DNA of 63,663 nt, filler included, from Squatina squatina (lineage: Eukaryota): assembly GCA_031763465.1 (NCBI GenBank). It is 4 parts of 4 records of this genome, joined end to end, with 100 filler letters (N's around TTAATTAATTAA, not from the genome) between each part and the next. Parts side by side here need not be neighbours in the genome. Positions count along the whole stretch, not along the records: positions 1 to 17,377 come from JARFOE010000080.1; positions 17,478 to 37,387 come from JARFOE010000013.1; 2 more parts are not named here. One strand, 5' to 3'. Of this stretch, positions 13,620 through 27,278 are shown piece after piece; position 1 is the stretch's first letter; each line of letters starts with the position of its first letter. The notes below the pieces were generated by a model. That model saw only the letters and a list, made by a program, of their open reading frames with translations, was not told the origin of the DNA and searched no databases. The position numbers and the translations under genes were made by a program.

Positions 13620-13970
13620 TTATCCATGTGAACATATTTCCCTTTAATTCATGAGCCATTATCTTTCCCATATAATGTGCTGTATCAAATTATTTTTGAA
13701 AATCCAAACTGCATTTCCTTTATTTACCTTCTCTGTTTCTTCAAAGAATTCCATCAGATTGGCCAAGTATGACCTGTATTTCAGAAATCTGTGCGGACTG
13801 ACTAGATTAACTCATGTTTCTCCAAGTGTTCAGTAATTTCAGCCCATATCATGATCAGTAGTAGTTTGCTAACAAATGAAGCAAAATTAATTGGCCTTCA
13901 ATTCCTGTTTTGTCCTTGCCTCCTATTTTGAAGAAGGGTATCACATTTGCCACTCTCCAATCCAACGGAA
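13620..13970 (-). mobile_element. decayed CR1 reverse-transcriptase fragment
   Basis: Minus-strand remnants DWRVANVIPFFKIGGKDK and RSYLANLMEFFEE match CR1 ORF2 motifs (DWRxANVxPxFKKG, RSCLTNLxEFFE). Confidence 0.7.
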
Positions 13971-14031
13971 ATTTGGAAAATTGGAGTCATATTTTATGCT
14001 TTTTTTTTAGTTTTCCACAAATTTGTTAAAT

Positions 14032-14499
14032 GTGTCAGCTGTGGCTCAGTATGTAGCACACTTGCTTATGAGTCAGAAGGTTGTGGGTTCAAGTCACATT
14101 CCAGGAACTTGAGCACATAAATCTAGGCTGACACTCCAGTGCAGTGCAGTGCTGAGGGAGTACTGCACTGTCAGAGGTGCTGTCTTTTGGGTGAGATGTT
14201 AAAGTGAGGCCCTGTCTGCCCTCTCAGGTGGACGTAAAAGATCCCGTGGCACTATTTCAAAGAAGAACATGGGAGTTATCCCTGGTGTCCTGGCCAATAT
14301 TTATCCCTCAATCAACATCAGGATACAGATTATTTGGTCATTATCACATTTATGTGTGTGGGAATTTGCTGTGCACAAGTTGGCTACTGCGTTTCCCACT
14401 TTACAACAGTGACTACACTCCAAAAGTACTTCATTGGCTGTAAAGCGCTTTGAGACGTCCGGTAGCCATGAAAGACGCTATGTAAATGCAAGTCTGTTT
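14032..14499 (+). mobile_element. near full-length tRNA-derived DeuSINE (SacSINE1-like)
   Basis: A box TGGCTCAG and B box GGTTCAAGTC, a central Deu-domain-like segment (GGTGGACGTAAAAGATCCCGTGGCACTATT) and an L2-like tail (GCGCTTTGAGACG...CGCTATGTAAATGCAAGT). Confidence 0.85.
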
Positions 14500-17377
14500 N
14501 NNNNNNNNNNNNNNNNNNNNNNNNNNNNNNNNNNNNNNNNNNNNNNNNNNNNNNNNNNNNNNNNNNNNNNNNNNNNNNNNNNNNNNNNNNNNNNNNNNNT
14601 GTTTTCTCTCATCATTCCTGAATATTCACTTTTTTGCCTGCAGCGTTCTGGTGTATTCGACTACTCAGTTCCTCTAGCCATTTTGATCTTTGCAGGCTTC
14701 CGTTGCTTCTTCTCAGCTCAGCTTGCATGTTTCAAGGCCTGCTCTACATCAACTTGCAAAAATAAATATCAAATAATGAAGCATCGTATTTCAACAGGAC
14801 AGTAGGTCTGCTCAATGAAAATGAAAGTCCGTTCGGTTGAAGTAAATTAAATTGTCATCCTGTGGTTATCACTGATGCCTTATTCCTGGCTACCTCTGCA
14901 ATTATAGAGTTCCTTTATCAGATTAAACTTCAGCTTTAAGTCAAAGGTCAAGCTACATTTTCATCATGCAATCTCTTCTCATCAAGCAGGAACTTGGAGG
15001 TTAACTGTATCAGTTGAGACATGCAAAAACCAAGGGGGAAATGAAATTGTGCAAAGCTGTTTAAAAATGAAAATCCTTTCTACAAGTCATTTCAGCCTTC
15101 TTCCGCTGCCCCTGATTTCTTATTACAGTAACATAAGCAGTATACATCTGTTCCATGTTTTGAAGAAAAGTATAATTCATATTCAATAAAAAACACTGTG
15201 GTGGTGAGCAGAACCCTGCAATTTAACATAACTATTAAAACAGCAAGGCAGGTTTTAAAGATTTCTTTTCTCCGCTTGCATTCTAGTCATTAAAATAAAA
15301 GCTAAAAAAAACTCCATATAACATCTCAATTGCCTCTTTAAATGTAACCAGGTGCACAAAGAGGAAATCTCATGTTGAAAAGGAGCCCGGCACATGCTAT
15401 ATAGCCAAACTGTGGACTCGGAGTATTAAAAAGCATTGCCTTCTGTGCACATGGATGTGTGTATGTGTGAGGGGTGAGGGGGGGCTTCAAACTTTACTCT
15501 CCAGGTGTGTACTCTGTCATTCGATGTAGCACAAGTCACCAATATAAATCTCACACCTGTTATAATAACCTGAGAATTTAAACATGAGCCACAGGCTGCA
15601 ATGCAGACATAGACAAAGAGATTTCCTCTGCTCTGTGCNNNNNNNNNNNNNNNNNNNNNNNNNNNNNNNNNNNNNNNNNNNNNNNNNNNNNNNNNNNNNN
15701 NNNNNNNNNNNNNNNNNNNNNNNNNNNNNNNNNNNNNNCCAAACCTCCTCTTCTCTAATGGAATCCTTCTGCTCTCTCTCATAAGCCTGCCGGGAGGTGA
15801 ATCCAGGCCCAGATGCTGGAGCCCTGGGTGTAACTGCGCAAGGAGCTGCTGATGACTAAACTGAACCCATTTAACATGAAAGAGTGAACGACTGTGGGAA
15901 ACAGCTGAAGGCCAGAGAACAGAAAGCATACCCGGTGATAAGATCATATAAACTAGCCTAAAAGAATACTTGGGTTTTATCATAATGAATCAAAATTAAT
16001 GCCCATACATCATCTAAGTCATGTTTGTAGTAAACACAAAACTCTGCTGTTTGTTTGGCCCTTCTTATGTGAACAGCAAACAAGTATAAGAGCCCATCTA
16101 CCGACAGGAAGTTTCACACTTGCCAGCTGCTGACGGAGCACATTGTGTTTAGCCTATGGAGAATTCAGTATCTAGAGCACTGATTGCTATTATTGCAGGT
16201 ACTTAGGCCAGCTTCCTTTTCCTGTATGAGAATATTTAGAACGCAAGCCAAATTCTTCTTTGAATTAATTTAAGGTCAAAAAAAGTTGAAGATTTAACCG
16301 CAGCTCATGTGAAAGGTCCTGGTTTTATAGAACTGCTTCTTGTGCAGCATTGCATCAAATTGCTGCATTATTTATAGGCTACTAAATACTGCTGTTCATT
16401 TTTAAGATCAAAACTTGTCATTTTTGCATTCAGTTACTGTGGGAATGTAATAATGGAGGAATAAGCCTGTAATTTTCATCCTGTGACATTGTTCATCTAT
16501 CACTTTTAATTACAATGTTAACTGTTCGTTTGTACCATTTGCTTGTTATGAAAAGCTGATTTGAATGTTGCATTCCAATAAAATCATCACATTTCATTCA
16601 GGTAACATTACATCGTGGAGACAGGGTAGAATTCTGATTTTAAACAATATGAGATCTTATCGCACAAAGTTGGAGAGGATAAAATGTTTTTTAAAAAAAA
16701 TTTCATCCCATTTTAAACCTATCTTCCCTGTTTCGGTTCAATTCCATACTCTGCACTAGCTGAGGTTAATGGCTAAACAACCTGCTCTAGGGCTCTACCA
16801 CTGTCGCTCAGGTTGACCATTAGGAGATATATAACAGCTGTCCCATGCATTACTTACTAATGGACAAAATTAATAATTCACAGTAAGGGTTCACAGATAC
16901 AAAGCTGCAGTCTACCATTGTGTGGTTATGCACTATGGAGCATCAGTGCAATGTGCCATTCCAAGTGCGTGCTCTTTAACCATGTACAATCACCCACTGC
17001 CTCAGAGGCACGTTTAAAGTAAATGGGTTAACATCACTTAAAATAGGTGAGAAAGAAGATTCCAGAAGCAATCCTCAGCCTGCGCTATTAGGTAATCTCA
17101 GTTAGGGCAGCGATCAGGATGCAACAATTTCATTCAGTGTTCCTCAGTTTGGAAAATCAAACTAAGCTATAGAACTCAGTCCTGATTTCTGTAGAACAAT
17201 CCCTGCTGGAAGAGAATGTGTGTGGCCGTGTGTATTCACACTGGTTGAGGGCTGGTTTGGGTTTGACTTGAATATGGTCCACGGTTGAATAATTGGTTGC
17301 ACCCACTGCCTCAGCTCACACATGAAGAATAGCCGCAGAGGATTACCTCCGCTTGTAGAATCCAGACCAAATAAGGG

Positions 17378-17477
17378 NNNNNNNNNNNNNNNNNNNNNNN
17401 NNNNNNNNNNNNNNNNNNNNNTTAATTAATTAANNNNNNNNNNNNNNNNNNNNNNNNNNNNNNNNNNNNNNNNNNNN
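17378..17477. other. artificial scaffold linker N44-TTAATTAATTAA-N44
   Basis: A 12-mer with stops in all six frames centred in a 100-nt gap. It is identical at three sites. Confidence 0.95.
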
Positions 17478-18469
17478 ATTTAACAAAATATTTCCTGCAC
17501 TGTCAGGGGGCATGAGGATGTAATGAAATACAGTGGAGTTCAATCATCACCAACTTCAATTTGCAAGAGAAAATAAATTGACCATAAGTAGAATTTGGTC
17601 CCAAGAGGTTTCTTAATATCAATAAAGTAAATAAATCCCATATAGCTATTATTCTGTGACTAGACATATGCGGTGCACTATATAGTACATGCAGCTCAGA
17701 CCAAAGCTATCCACTGGTATTAAAAGATAACTCAGGTACTTCATCTTTGCTCATCTAGAAATACTGTTTTGTAGAAGTCATGACACTCAGGACTATGTAA
17801 CTGCAACACAAGCTGCACAAATTGTAACTCTAATAACTCTCCCTATTTCATACAATGTCCACTCTTTGAATCTTATATAAAATAAGTTCTATCACTGAGA
17901 GTCACAATATTTTCATATACAGTAGCAAGTTGATCCAAAGTGGGATTTGATTTATTGCCCTTAAGGGTTTTACTAACACTTACCAGGATACTCCATTTTG
18001 TGCTTTAATCATTCGTAAGCATTTAATTGAATGTGACTGAAAATCTATTCCAAAATCACCGTATCCTTCAAACCAATCATAAGCTTGCTATTAGAATGTA
18101 CACTAATTTCCAATTAGGGCATCACTGCTGCGATTTTAACCTGAATTAACTATGAACTTCTGAGAGGTACGCATTTGTTTATTGTAATTTAACTGTAAGT
18201 TACAAATAACAAAATCCAGAGGAATCTACCTGTAGTTATTACACAAAGTTTTAAGTTAGTAATGCAAGAAATGGCCAGCAGGGGGAGTGCTAAATGAATG
18301 TAAATAATGGAGAGCCAATTCAGACTAAAGGGAACTGGTTGTGGGAGGGTGTACACTCCATTAAGAGAGAGATCTATCTGCTCTACACCTGGCTGATGAT
18401 TCCCCTCTGCAACCCCACCACTTGTGGCCAGCACTCATATAATGAGAGCTAAGTGACAGGGATGGTAAG

Positions 18470-19775
18470 ATGCCATGATGAAGCACATCGAGCAGACCAT
18501 CGGTTTCTGAAGCAACAGTACCGCTAGCTTGATTGGTCAGGAGGAACCGTCCAGTACTCACCGGAGCGGGTGTCCCAATTCTTGTGGTCTGCTGCATCCT
18601 CCACAACTTGGCCATCATGAGGGCACAGCCCTTGCCACCCCAGGTTCCGTGACCACCTCAGGAGGAGAAGGAGGAGGAAGGGAGGAGGCAGCCTGCAAAT
18701 TCCTATTCCGGACGGGCTGTTTGCAATCATCAGACTCCGGTTCCCCTGACTGAAACTCCAGATCCCCCATTGCTCAACACGTCCCCATCTTAGCATCCCT
18801 TTGTCACTGAATTTCACAGCATCCTCTTGGCCACAAAGCTGAAATGAAAGCCATCACCAAATAAACATTCCAAACATCATTTATAAATTAATAATTCCAA
18901 TATATCATTTTGTCTTTCGTATTCCTTTGCCTATTCCAGTGCTCATTTGCAGTGCTACCCCAGTGGCTGCAGAAGGGCTGGTGGAAGGCATAGAGGGCCA
19001 GTGAGGGACACTGCACATGGTCTTGTAGGATGACCTTGAGCTGCTATGGGCCTAGAAGGGCCGGCTGTAGACTGCACCATCTTGGCATGGGCGGCAGCTG
19101 TCTGGGCTGGCTGACAGGCAACGGCAATGGCACTGGCGGGCCGCGATTGCACCACGGGAGGCGGGTTGGGTGCGGGCTGCATAGGTGGCTTGCCTGGATC
19201 GCGCTCCCAGCTCGAGCCCACCCTCCCCCGGCAATCTTCCCATAACTGGACTTGTTAACCCCGCCACGCGGGCTTCCCGACAAATTACCTGGAAGCTGCT
19301 CTGATGATGCCATTTGATGACACGTCATCAGCCAGTTTTCTTAAAGGGACCATGGCCAACTCTTTTTGATAGTTCTTCTGTCAGTGTTCTGCAGCATTCA
19401 GAAGCTGCGAACACTGACAAGAACTGCACAAAGGTGCACGTCTGCACCCACGCTCTCCCATGACTCCCTCCAGATGCTTATGGAGGGAGTCACAGCATGC
19501 AGGGAGGTCCTCTTCCCTTCCAGTGGGTGCAAGAGACCTCCCAGGACACTGATACAGCCTGGTTGCACATTGCACAGGAGGGCACAAGTGGGGATTTCGT
19601 CACGAGGAAACAGGCTGCAGTGGCACAAACCTTTCAATGACCTCAGTAAATCATGAAACTTTACTGCAAAGCCACACTCAATCTCATCCTGCTGTGCCAC
19701 TCATCACATCCGTATTACTGTCTTCCCTACCCTACTCCTGCATAACCATACTCACACCAATTTAACTTGTACCTT
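18470..19775 (+). mobile_element. PIF/Harbinger remnant: transposase C-terminus and Myb/SANT-like gene
   Basis: 18470-18750 reads IEQTIG...GGTVQYSPERVSQ...VCCILHNLAIMR with an acidic tail. 19430-19660 reads APTLSHDSLQMLMEGV...EVLFPSSG...LQWHKPFNDLSKS, a Harbinger Myb/SANT N-terminus. Confidence 0.85.
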
Positions 19776-21286
19776 NNNNNNNNNNNNNNNNNNNNNNNNN
19801 NNNNNNNNNNNNNNNNNNNNNNNNNNNNNNNNNNNNNNNNNNNNNNNNNNNNNNNNNNNNNNNNNNNNNNNNNNNATCACTTGCCTTAGCCATTCTTCAA
19901 TATGTATGTGTTCCCTTGTTGTTACGGATAAGGTTATTTCATTAAAACTTAATAAAAATTAAAAGAATTATGGAGTTTTTATTTAAGTGATACAAATTTG
20001 TCTCATTATGGGTTAATGAGAGTTACATTAAAAACATTGGCTAAAATTCATTTCCTTACGGTAACGTTTACAATTCATGGTGTAGGTGTGCTGTTGAATA
20101 GTATGTGTTCATCATCTTGCATAGAGTCCTGCAGTTAAGTTTTACAGGAATGAAGCTGCTACCTATGCACGATGTAGTGTTTACAAATGCAGCAGTCAAG
20201 CTTGTCTGGAGTGCTTGGGGTGATTTAGTTAGGGAGGAACCTGATCAGAGAGAGACCCCTCTACTCTCCACTGATCAAAGAGGTTGCTGTGGTGGTTAAG
20301 GAGCAGCTTTTTAAGCAGTCAGCTGTAAAGAGAATGTAGTGTGATCAGTGTTAACAAATTTTCGCACAAGTTAAATTGACGTCATGTATGTAGCCATTAT
20401 AGTATAATACCTCGTTAAAGAGTTATTTCAATACTTATTGGCTTGTTAACTCAACATCAATTATGCCCAGTACCAAACTGTGTAAACAGATCTGTAAACC
20501 AAGGTTTGTCCTTCAGAAACCAATAATCCTGATTTTCAACACTGAGGTCGATGTTCTGAAGACCAGAACTCAGATAACAGTGTGCACCAGCCTTGAAAAA
20601 TCAGCAGCTGTGAATTCCAGTTCATCCGTCTGTTTTACCCATCAAATCTTCCTCACTTAACAAGAATATGTTACAGAAGTATCTGAGCCTATTTAAAAAA
20701 TTAAGTAAAATAAGCCTGGTTTAACGCATGATTATTTTGCTCTGCCATGTAGAGTGATATTATTGAGTTACTGCTGTATGGGGCTTTAAGCACACAGGGC
20801 ATGTTGAGAAGAGTTTCAGTGAAAATTCTTTTATGGTTCTTGCTAATGCAAGTCAAAAATTATGCAATTAAAATATCGACAAGACATTGATGAAATGACA
20901 ATTTGCCTACGTGTAAAAAGTGTAGAAATAAATGGAGAGTGTATAATTTTTCTTGAGTTTGCAGTGGGATCATTAAGGAATGTGAGGGTGGAAGTCTGAT
21001 ATTTACAAGACAATGGACTGATGTTGGGTGATACAACCCTGCAGCAGTTCAGGCTTCGGTTTCCTACTGGAGGATGTTGCAAGAGATTGAGGGGAAGTTG
21101 AGGAGACTCTTCTTAGACGTAGATTTTCCTCTCTGGCGAGATCACCTCTGGAAGTGTGGCTGGGCAGGACTTCCATCTGCTACTGTNNNNNNNNNNNNNN
21201 NNNNNNNNNNNNNNNNNNNNNNNNNNNNNNNNNNNNNNNNNNNNNNNNNNNNNNNNNNNNNNNNNNNNNNNNNNNNNNNNNNNNNN

Positions 21287-21366
21287 AAATACTCAGCAGG
21301 TCATGCAACATCCGTGCAGAGGAAAACAGAGTTCACGTCTCAGGTCGACATGCTGAGTATTTCCAG
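21287..21366 (-). mobile_element. Penelope terminal-repeat fragment with internal fold-back
   Basis: Matches 33795-33856. Inverted 12-mers AAATACTCAGCA (21287-21298) and TGCTGAGTATTT (21351-21362). Confidence 0.6.
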
Positions 21367-21404
21367 GACTTTATGCTGCCATTTCACATTTACAGCATCC
21401 ACTT

Positions 21405-22560
21405 GCAGAGGGAAGAGGAAGACGCAGAAGAGGAGGAAGCTGAAGAGGAGGAATCAGAAGCAAGGATGAAAAACAGACACCCACTTTCTGACTGGGATAT
21501 CTGGAATGGAATTATCCGCCTGTGGGACCAGTGACCACAACCTCAATTCCCCTTTCAACTTTTGTCCCACACCTTACCTTCCATCTGTTACTGACCATCA
21601 CAACGTCTTCTTGGCCACGATGCTGAAATAAAAGCCAGCACAAAGCAAACTTTCAAATCCAACTTTACACATCCATCCATCTTGTATGTGCCTTTGCCTA
21701 TCCTACTGATGTCACACAATGCTACCCCAGTGGCTACAACATGGCTGGTGGAAGGCTGCTTAATTTCAGTGGGGGACCCTGCAAATGGCCTTGCTGGTTG
21801 ACCTTGAAGAGCTGGCAGCTGGGAGTCTCAAATCAATCTTTTTCTGTTCTTGTTCATCTTCACTCTCCTCTCCTTCTTCTTGGTCACCTACTGGCTAGGC
21901 AGGCTGCTTTTCTTGGGTGTGTGAAATGAGGAAGGCACATTGGGTAAAGTTGTGGTGAGAGGAGGGCAGGAAAGCATGAGGTGCATGCCAGAAGGAGGAT
22001 AACGTACGAGAGTACCAGCATCTTGTATCCTGTCAGCCCTACCGCCAGCCAAGGGCTCAGCCATGCCCCTGCCAAGAATGGCCAGTACCGTCTCCTCCCA
22101 AGGGAGTGAGGTGAGGGTAGGGATGGGAGATGTGCCTCATGATTCATGCAGATTGTTGGTAGGTGTGTAATTGGGGGTCATGCATTGAACAGTGTGTGGT
22201 GCTAGTGGTACTGTTGGTGGGAGACTACTTTTGAAGATGCATTCACTGATCTTGACCAGTGGTCTGAGGTCATGAAGCTTCTTTGGGCACTGGAGCCAGG
22301 TAGTGGGGGCAACACTGCTGGCAGTAACGGCCTCGGTGATGTACTGCCACATCGTTCTTTCTGGAGGGCCTCCTGGCCCCTGTGAGTAGAGGATTTTTTC
22401 TTACTTCGGAGTGCATTGCCTCTTTAATTCATAGCCCTTTTAATTACCAACAATTCCTTGCGAGCTCCACAGCCTTGCACCCAAAAGCTGTTAGAATCTA
22501 TAATGGCACTTCAGGACGGGATCTTCACCTCGGATGTCTCCACTAATGCCACCAGGAGGG
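21405..22560. mobile_element. PIF/Harbinger remnant with convergent genes
   Basis: Plus-strand acidic transposase tail (REEEDAEEEEAEEEESEA...IIRL) homologous to 18640-18900, and minus-strand Myb motif WQYITEAVTASSVAPTTWLQCPKKLHDL near 22250-22352. Confidence 0.8.
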
Positions 22561-25500
22561 CATTGCAAGGAAGTTTCGCATTGCACCACCAATCTTCAGT
22601 CCCCAGACAAATCTATTCTCCTTCATGTTACGGCCATTGTTAGCGGCTGTTATTTGCAGTTGCCGGTCTTTCATGGCAAGCACAAATTCCTAGGCAAGAG
22701 AGTCCAAGAAAACTAACAAAAACAACAGAGTCTCTGTTTCTGCTACTACTGGCTATCAAGAGGGACTTCTCGGAGTGATGTAAACCCCTCGATTTTTATA
22801 TTTTGTTTTCCAAGAGAAGCCATTACATTCAATCAGAATGACATGGGTGCTGGAATGTGTCGGTCCTCGTCTGCCAGTGATCCTGGATAAATGTGGAGTT
22901 CCTGTGAATGTCAAGCGCCATTGAAGCATGGCCTTATCCGAGCATGACAGACTTTTCGTGGCTGCGCTTTACGACCTCTCAATAATCATCTTGCAATTCT
23001 CAAGGTTTTCTCCAAACAAATGGGGAGATTTGACATCTTTATCCCCTTAAGTGTTTTTGTAAATTATTTGAGTCCAGTGATAATAGCTTTTAACACAAGT
23101 AATGACTGTCTATTGTATAAACAAGCCTTCATGGTGTAATTAAATTAGAAGCTTTATAGTTATTTGTAATACATTTTAATTATAGTTGGTGGCTTGGCTT
23201 GGATTGTTCAGGAATTATGTCAATTATAATCTGTGTTACCAGTTATATTTTTGTGCAGTAAATATATTTTATCACCTATGTAAAAACGTAAAAGATATAA
23301 CTGAGTACTAATGAATACTTACGTAGTTTGACTAGTAATAAGCTGCTGGGAATATTTTTAATTTAAGAGGAAAATTTGATCACACCTGCTGCATCTAAAC
23401 CTGAATTGAAATAGATTTTATTTTTATTTTAAATAGTTTGTGAGACATTGAGCAATAAAAATATTAATCAGTAACATACATTTGGATCATACTTATGCTT
23501 CATTCAGGTATATTATTTCCACAATAGACTTATTATTCTATGAGTTTCTGTAAGTACTTTATTCCCAATCCTAATACTCAGTTGCAATCATAACAATCTG
23601 CTGAATTCCTGATTATTTGAAAGGCTAGATGTTAAGCTAGTAAACTAGTTAACTTTAAAATACAACACTCAGTTAAAGAAGCATTTCAGTTGTCTCACTG
23701 GTGCACTGAATCATTCTGGTTATTCTGTCCATTGGTGCATTTTTAAAGGTATTCATGCCCTTGTCTCCATCTGACTGAAACATTTTGAAATGCACGTAGG
23801 CGCTAACAGACGAGTGCAGAGACAGGCACTTTAGGATTTTTGCTTGATTTATTTCCCACATTACTGCTTCTTAAACAGGAAAAAAATGACAGACATAATT
23901 TCCTTCTGATCAAAGTGCTCAACTTCACATTGCCACAACAATTCCTAGCACATATTAAGTTAATGTGATAAAAATGAGAACTATACTTTAGTTATTTCCT
24001 CTCCTTACAGTGAAGAAGTAATTNNNNNNNNNNNNNNNNNNNNNNNNNNNNNNNNNNNNNNNNNNNNNNNNNNNNNNNNNNNNNNNNNNNNNNNNNNNNN
24101 NNNNNNNNNNNNNNNNNNNNNNNNNNNNNNNNNNNNNNNNNNNNNNNNNNNNNNNNNNNNNNNNNNNNNNNNNNNNNNNNNNNNNNNNNNNNNNNNNNNN
24201 NNNNNNNNNNNNNNNNNNNNNNNNNNNNNNNNNNNNNNNNNNNNNNNNNNNNNNNNNNNNNNNNNNNNNNNNNNNNNNNNNNNNNNNNNNNNNNNNNNNN
24301 NNNNNNNNNNNNNNNNNNNNNNNNNNNNNNNNNNNNNNNNNNNNNNNNNNNNNNNNTTGATTTTATAGTCCGTTGATCATAGAGCTAAGTTGTGTAGATG
24401 CCACATTAACTGTTTCTGAAATGTCTGTAAGTGTCTTGTTTTGCTACAATCTGAGAGCCAGTGCTTTTCTCTGGACACTTCTCTGAAGTATAGGTCTGGA
24501 AGGGATGTTGCTAAGCTAGTGCTGTACAACTTTGGCAGAATATATACTTTTTTGGTTCTTCATGTATGTGATATAACAGCATGACAGTTACTTACAAAAT
24601 GAGACAGGCCTAGCCAAATGTATTTAAAATTAAAATAGTTCTGTCATTCCCTCTTCTATTAATTGCCAGAATTGATAATAATGATGTTCAGAACCTGAAC
24701 TTTTTACTAAAAACATATGAGACTGCAATTTAAAAAAATGAGACTGACATAACACTCAGCCCAGCTCAACTGCAAAATATCTTTCCTTGTCCTAAATTCT
24801 TTCACTACTTGAGTATTTTTTTGGCCAGAATTAATTGGTTAAATAGCAGGAATCCAAACAAATGGTCGGTCTAACCCTGAGTTAGGATTAGACATCAAAG
24901 CACTGTAGATCAGAGATCCATCCTCTGGCAGAATGTGTTGTGTTTAAAATATGTTATTTTTGTTACTGAGAACAGTAATTTGTAACCTCAAATGAAATTT
25001 ACAGTGTGTCGGCCTGTACAGGCTAATGATGTTTACACAGACATACCACATAGATGGAGTAGCCCCAATGTTCCATACACTATACAGAGGAGGAGTGACC
25101 AAGCCCAGACTCAGCAACCTGTACTTGACCCCTGGGAGCCTGGTTCTACATAACCTTCTAGCTCATTCCGCCCACTTGGAGTCAGAAGACGGATACCAGC
25201 CAAAGCAGGGGATTTTCTAGTTGAAAGCATTTCTCGGTAATACACACCCTATAAATGATTAGAAGTACCATTCCATAATGATGATGTGAATAATAACTGC
25301 AAAGATTATAATGATTTTTAAAATGAGAAATTTATTGACAAGAGTTTTCTTTTTGATTACATTATGGAGCACAGTAGAAAACTTTGGCATGAATGTGTTG
25401 CACAGTGTTTATATTTATTAAGGCCTCACTTTTTTATTGAAAACACAATGAAGACTATAATTAGCAGATAATTATCTATAAAATAAGTTATATCTCATTT

Positions 25501-27147
25501 TGGAAAAACTTTAGTATTTTCTCAAACCAACAGTACAACAAAAAAGCAAGTAGCAAGATTTTGCCTTTCTCTCACCAATAGTGCTTGCAGTTTACTGTAA
25601 AGAGTTTTAGCTTCATATTAACGAAGATTCAGTGAAAAGTATCGGTTCCCTACTTTAATGAAATTAAGGTATGGAGTTTTAAGATAATNNNNNNNNNNNN
25701 NNNNNNNNNNNNNNNNNNNNNNNNNNNNNNNNNNNNNNNNNNNNNNNNNNNNNNNNNNNNNNNNNNNNNNNNNNNNNNNNNNNNNNNNNNNNNNNNNNNN
25801 NNNNNNNNNNNNNNNNNNNNNNNNNNNNNNNNNNNNNNNNNNNNNNNNNNNNNNNNNNNNNNNNNNNNNNNNNNNNNNNNNNNNNNNNNNNNNNNNNNNN
25901 NNNNNNNNNNNNNNNNNNNNNNNNNNNNNNNNNNNNNNNNNNNNNNNNNNNNNNNNNNNNNNNNNNNNNNNNNNNNNNNNNNNNNNNNNNNNNNNNNNNN
26001 NNNNNNNNNNNNNNNNNNNNNNNNNNNNNNNNNNNNNNNNNNNNNNNNNNNNNNNNNNNNNNNNNNNNNNNNNNNNNNNNNATGTTTCCTCCATTTAAAA
26101 CATTCTTCCTATTTTAAGCATTTTTTTGCAACAATTAATTCTGGATTCAACGACATTGCCTTATTTGACAATGACTGCATTGAACTGAGAATACTTTCTT
26201 AAACCAAGCTGCTCAGGTTCACAGTAAGGTTGAAACAGAAGTGTGTACATTTTACCATTGTGTGCAATTATGAAATTCTGCTCGTCTAGGGAGGTAAATC
26301 ACACAGAGTGNNNNNNNNNNGTAGCCTTTATAAATGAGGTGGCCAGTTTAAGATTATCAATTTCAAGGTAAATTCATACCAAATAGAAACACATAAAGGT
26401 GGAATGAAATGATCAAAACATACAAAAATAGCAAGAATACAATTAAACAGATAAAGTGCATATAAAATATATCAAACATATACATAAATAAGATGCTGAT
26501 ACTAATAATTTATATGTCAGAACTCAAAGGATGCAGAAATAAATAAAATAGATACTGAACTGCGTAAAAGCTGTGTTACAATACATAAAATAAGGAATGA
26601 ATGGGCTGCCTCATGAGTCCATTTCAGTATGTAACTCCCCAGTGTCTGAATTGTGAACAGAATGGCCTCTCATTTTTTTCTGGTTCTGATAAAAGCATGT
26701 TGTACTAACTCATATGTAAATCTGCCAAAAGAACAAGTCAGATACAGGAAAGTCTCCAAGTAATTGCTCCACAAATTACCAACAATAAATTTTCCACTTA
26801 ACCAGACGGGCAAATTCTTCTGCCGGCTAATTTCAGAGAATATTTTTAGAGTTGACCATTTACACAGCGCCAGTGATGTCAGGGTCTGATAGTCAGCTAG
26901 AAAGCTGGTTTTCCNNNNNNNNNNNNNNNNNNNNNNNNNNNNNNNNNNNNNNNNNNNNNNNNNNNNNNNNNNNNNNNNNNNNNNNNNNNNNNNNNNNNNN
27001 NNNNNNNNNNNNNNAACATAAACTGAGCAAATGCACTGAAAACTTTAATTAGAAACGCTGGTGGATTCCAGTACCAGGAGCTCCATGTTCCCAGGAGAGT
27101 GCGTCATCCACTTTGACAGGCCTTTCTTCGTGTGTGTGCTAACTCAC

Positions 27148-27278
27148 CCCTTCTTTTTCTTCCAGTTCTTGAACGCGCAGCAGTGGCTTGGGTAAGTGAG
27201 CTCCGCTCTCGTCAGGTGGAGGAAGGTCTTCAGAGGTGGAAGCTTCTTCAATGTCCATGTGTTCTTTGCCATTAATAG
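27148..27278 (-). CDS. TSHR: thyrotropin receptor hinge exon, 3' part (equivalent to mammalian exon 9)
   Basis: Translates [44 protein letters not shown], against remembered human [44 protein letters not shown]. It has a phase-2 donor GG|GTGAGT and is preceded by TTTCTTAG. Confidence 0.88.

Noticed and set aside
14032-14110. tRNA gene
   Set aside because: The A/B boxes are the head of a SINE and there is no complete cloverleaf.
17422-17433. TTAATTAATTAA as a recurring biological motif
   Set aside because: It is always centred in exactly 44+44 N, so it is an assembly linker.
25040-25155. RWSSPNVPYTI, astacin-like
   Set aside because: The frame stops soon after with no further metalloprotease motifs.
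27148-27278. Alternative open frame [21 protein letters not shown]...
   Set aside because: The overlapping frame is clearly TSHR, so this is a shadow frame.
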